Below, one piece after another: positions 62,947-64,000 of a stretch of DNA of 64,000 nucleotides (position 1 is the first letter of the stretch; each line of letters starts with the position of its first letter). The notes beneath the pieces were generated by a model. The model did no database searches. It was given only the letters and a program-made list of their open reading frames with translations, and was not told the origin of the DNA. The stretch covers positions 2,108,001 to 2,172,000 of the forward strand of contig JASTWF010000036.1 in the NCBI GenBank assembly GCA_030390025.1, in the 5' to 3' direction. The stretch is from Squalus acanthias. Taxonomy: Eukaryota. The position numbers were made by a program, and so were the translations under genes.

Positions 62947-63535
62947 GGCCTAGAAATTCATCTCAGGCGATGATGATAAACGGACGGTATTGGATCGGCC
63001 GCCCGTTATATGCAGCACCCAATTAGAAGAATGAGGGGGGATCTCATTGAAACGTATAAAATTCTGACAGGGCTAGACAGACTGAATGCAGGGAGGATGT
63101 TTCCCCTGGCTGGGGGATCGAGAACGAGGGGTCACAGTCTCAGGATACGGGGTAGGACATTTAGGACTGAGATGAGGAGAAATGTCTTCACTCAGAGGGT
63201 GGAGAACCTGTGGAATTCTCTACCACAGAAGGCTGTGGAGGACAAGTCACTGAATATATTTAAGAAGGAGATAGATAGATTTCTAGACACAAGGCATCAA
63301 GGGGTATGGGGAGAGTGTGGGAATATGGTGTTGCGATAGAGGATCAGCCATGATCATATTGAATGGCGGAGCAGGCTCGAAGGGCCGAATGGCCGACTCC
63401 TGCTCCTATTTTTCTATGTTTCTGTTATTCCGTTCTATTGCAGTCAATTGAACTGAATCTCAGGCGCTGCGTATAATGGGCAGTCCATCCGATTCCGCCC
63501 GTTTTGCACCACTGCCCGAGATAAATTTCTAGGCC
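62947..63535. mobile_element. Palindromic MITE split by CR1
   Basis: Perfect 12-bp TIR GGCCTAGAAATT/AATTTCTAGGCC, extending as about 70-bp imperfect inverted arms. Confidence 0.75.
63024..63424 (+). mobile_element. CR1 LINE 3' fragment nested in a palindromic MITE
   Basis: ORF 63010..63339 (RRMRGDLIETYKI...WNSLP) plus 3' UTR. Confidence 0.9.
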
Positions 63536-64000
63536 TTTAAGTTTCATGTTGAAAATATGAAGGTCGTCCCTGATAAGGTAAGTGCACTGCCTGCTGACTC
63601 AGTAAGCAGTACAGAACAGAATGTCCCAGGTTCAATCTCCAGTCTGTACTGGTTTAGTGGGAAAATAAAAATGAAACCGTTTGCGCTGCAGATGAACTCT
63701 GGAAGCTCGAACATTCCCCATTTAGCCGTGGGTTCAGCAGAGAGACACTGCGAGAGGGAAGACTTTCCGAGTCAGAGTCGCGTGTGTAACGAGCACATAA
63801 CCGTGTTCGTACAAAATTCCTTTCTCCATTGTTTCAACTCATTGCGCTGTTTATTTTATATGGGCTGTCAACCTTGTTGAAATAGTAGACAGAGGAATTT
63901 TATACAAGCGTTAATGCGTTCCTTACAAATAGCAAAGAGTTACCCTCAAAATATCCTGTAATGCAGAAGTGAGAGCACAAAAAATAGTATTATGCATACG

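Noticed and set aside
40249..64000. Upstream RBMS exons (RRM1: KTNLYIRGL, YGKIVSTKAI, GYGFVDF...QAQMAK)
   Set aside because: Searched by eye on the minus strand and not found; presumed beyond the window end.

Overview
Vertebrate genomic DNA, almost certainly from a shark or ray, judged by HE1-type V-SINE, SacSINE1-like DeuSINE and shark-type CR1 repeats. The one recognisable gene is the 3' part of an RBMS-family RRM protein on the minus strand, best matching RBMS2. Nine coding exons from 40248 down to the stop at 18414 have canonical AG/GT ends and consistent phases, and splice to 813 nt (270 aa plus stop) covering RRM2 and the C-terminal region. A non-coding terminal exon starts at 16592 and runs into a long U-rich 3' UTR. 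I did not find the upstream exons in the window, so 40249-64000 is intron. The rest is dense in CR1, L2 and RTE LINE fragments, three SINE families, hAT- and Harbinger-like MITEs, many nested insertions and several tandem arrays. The most unusual items are four. (1) A 3.07-kb, 35-bp-unit intronic minisatellite whose consensus unit holds a complete G-quadruplex motif on the sense strand, one TTAGGG and one TCF/LEF site. (2) A Penelope-like insertion with a 9-bp TSD that puts a minimal hammerhead-ribozyme motif plus AATAAA on the RBMS2 sense strand. (3) A candidate 3'-UTR cassette exon that would make the mRNA an NMD target. (4) Many LF-SINE-like relics. Repeat family names and paralog assignment come from recalled consensus sequences, not database searches.
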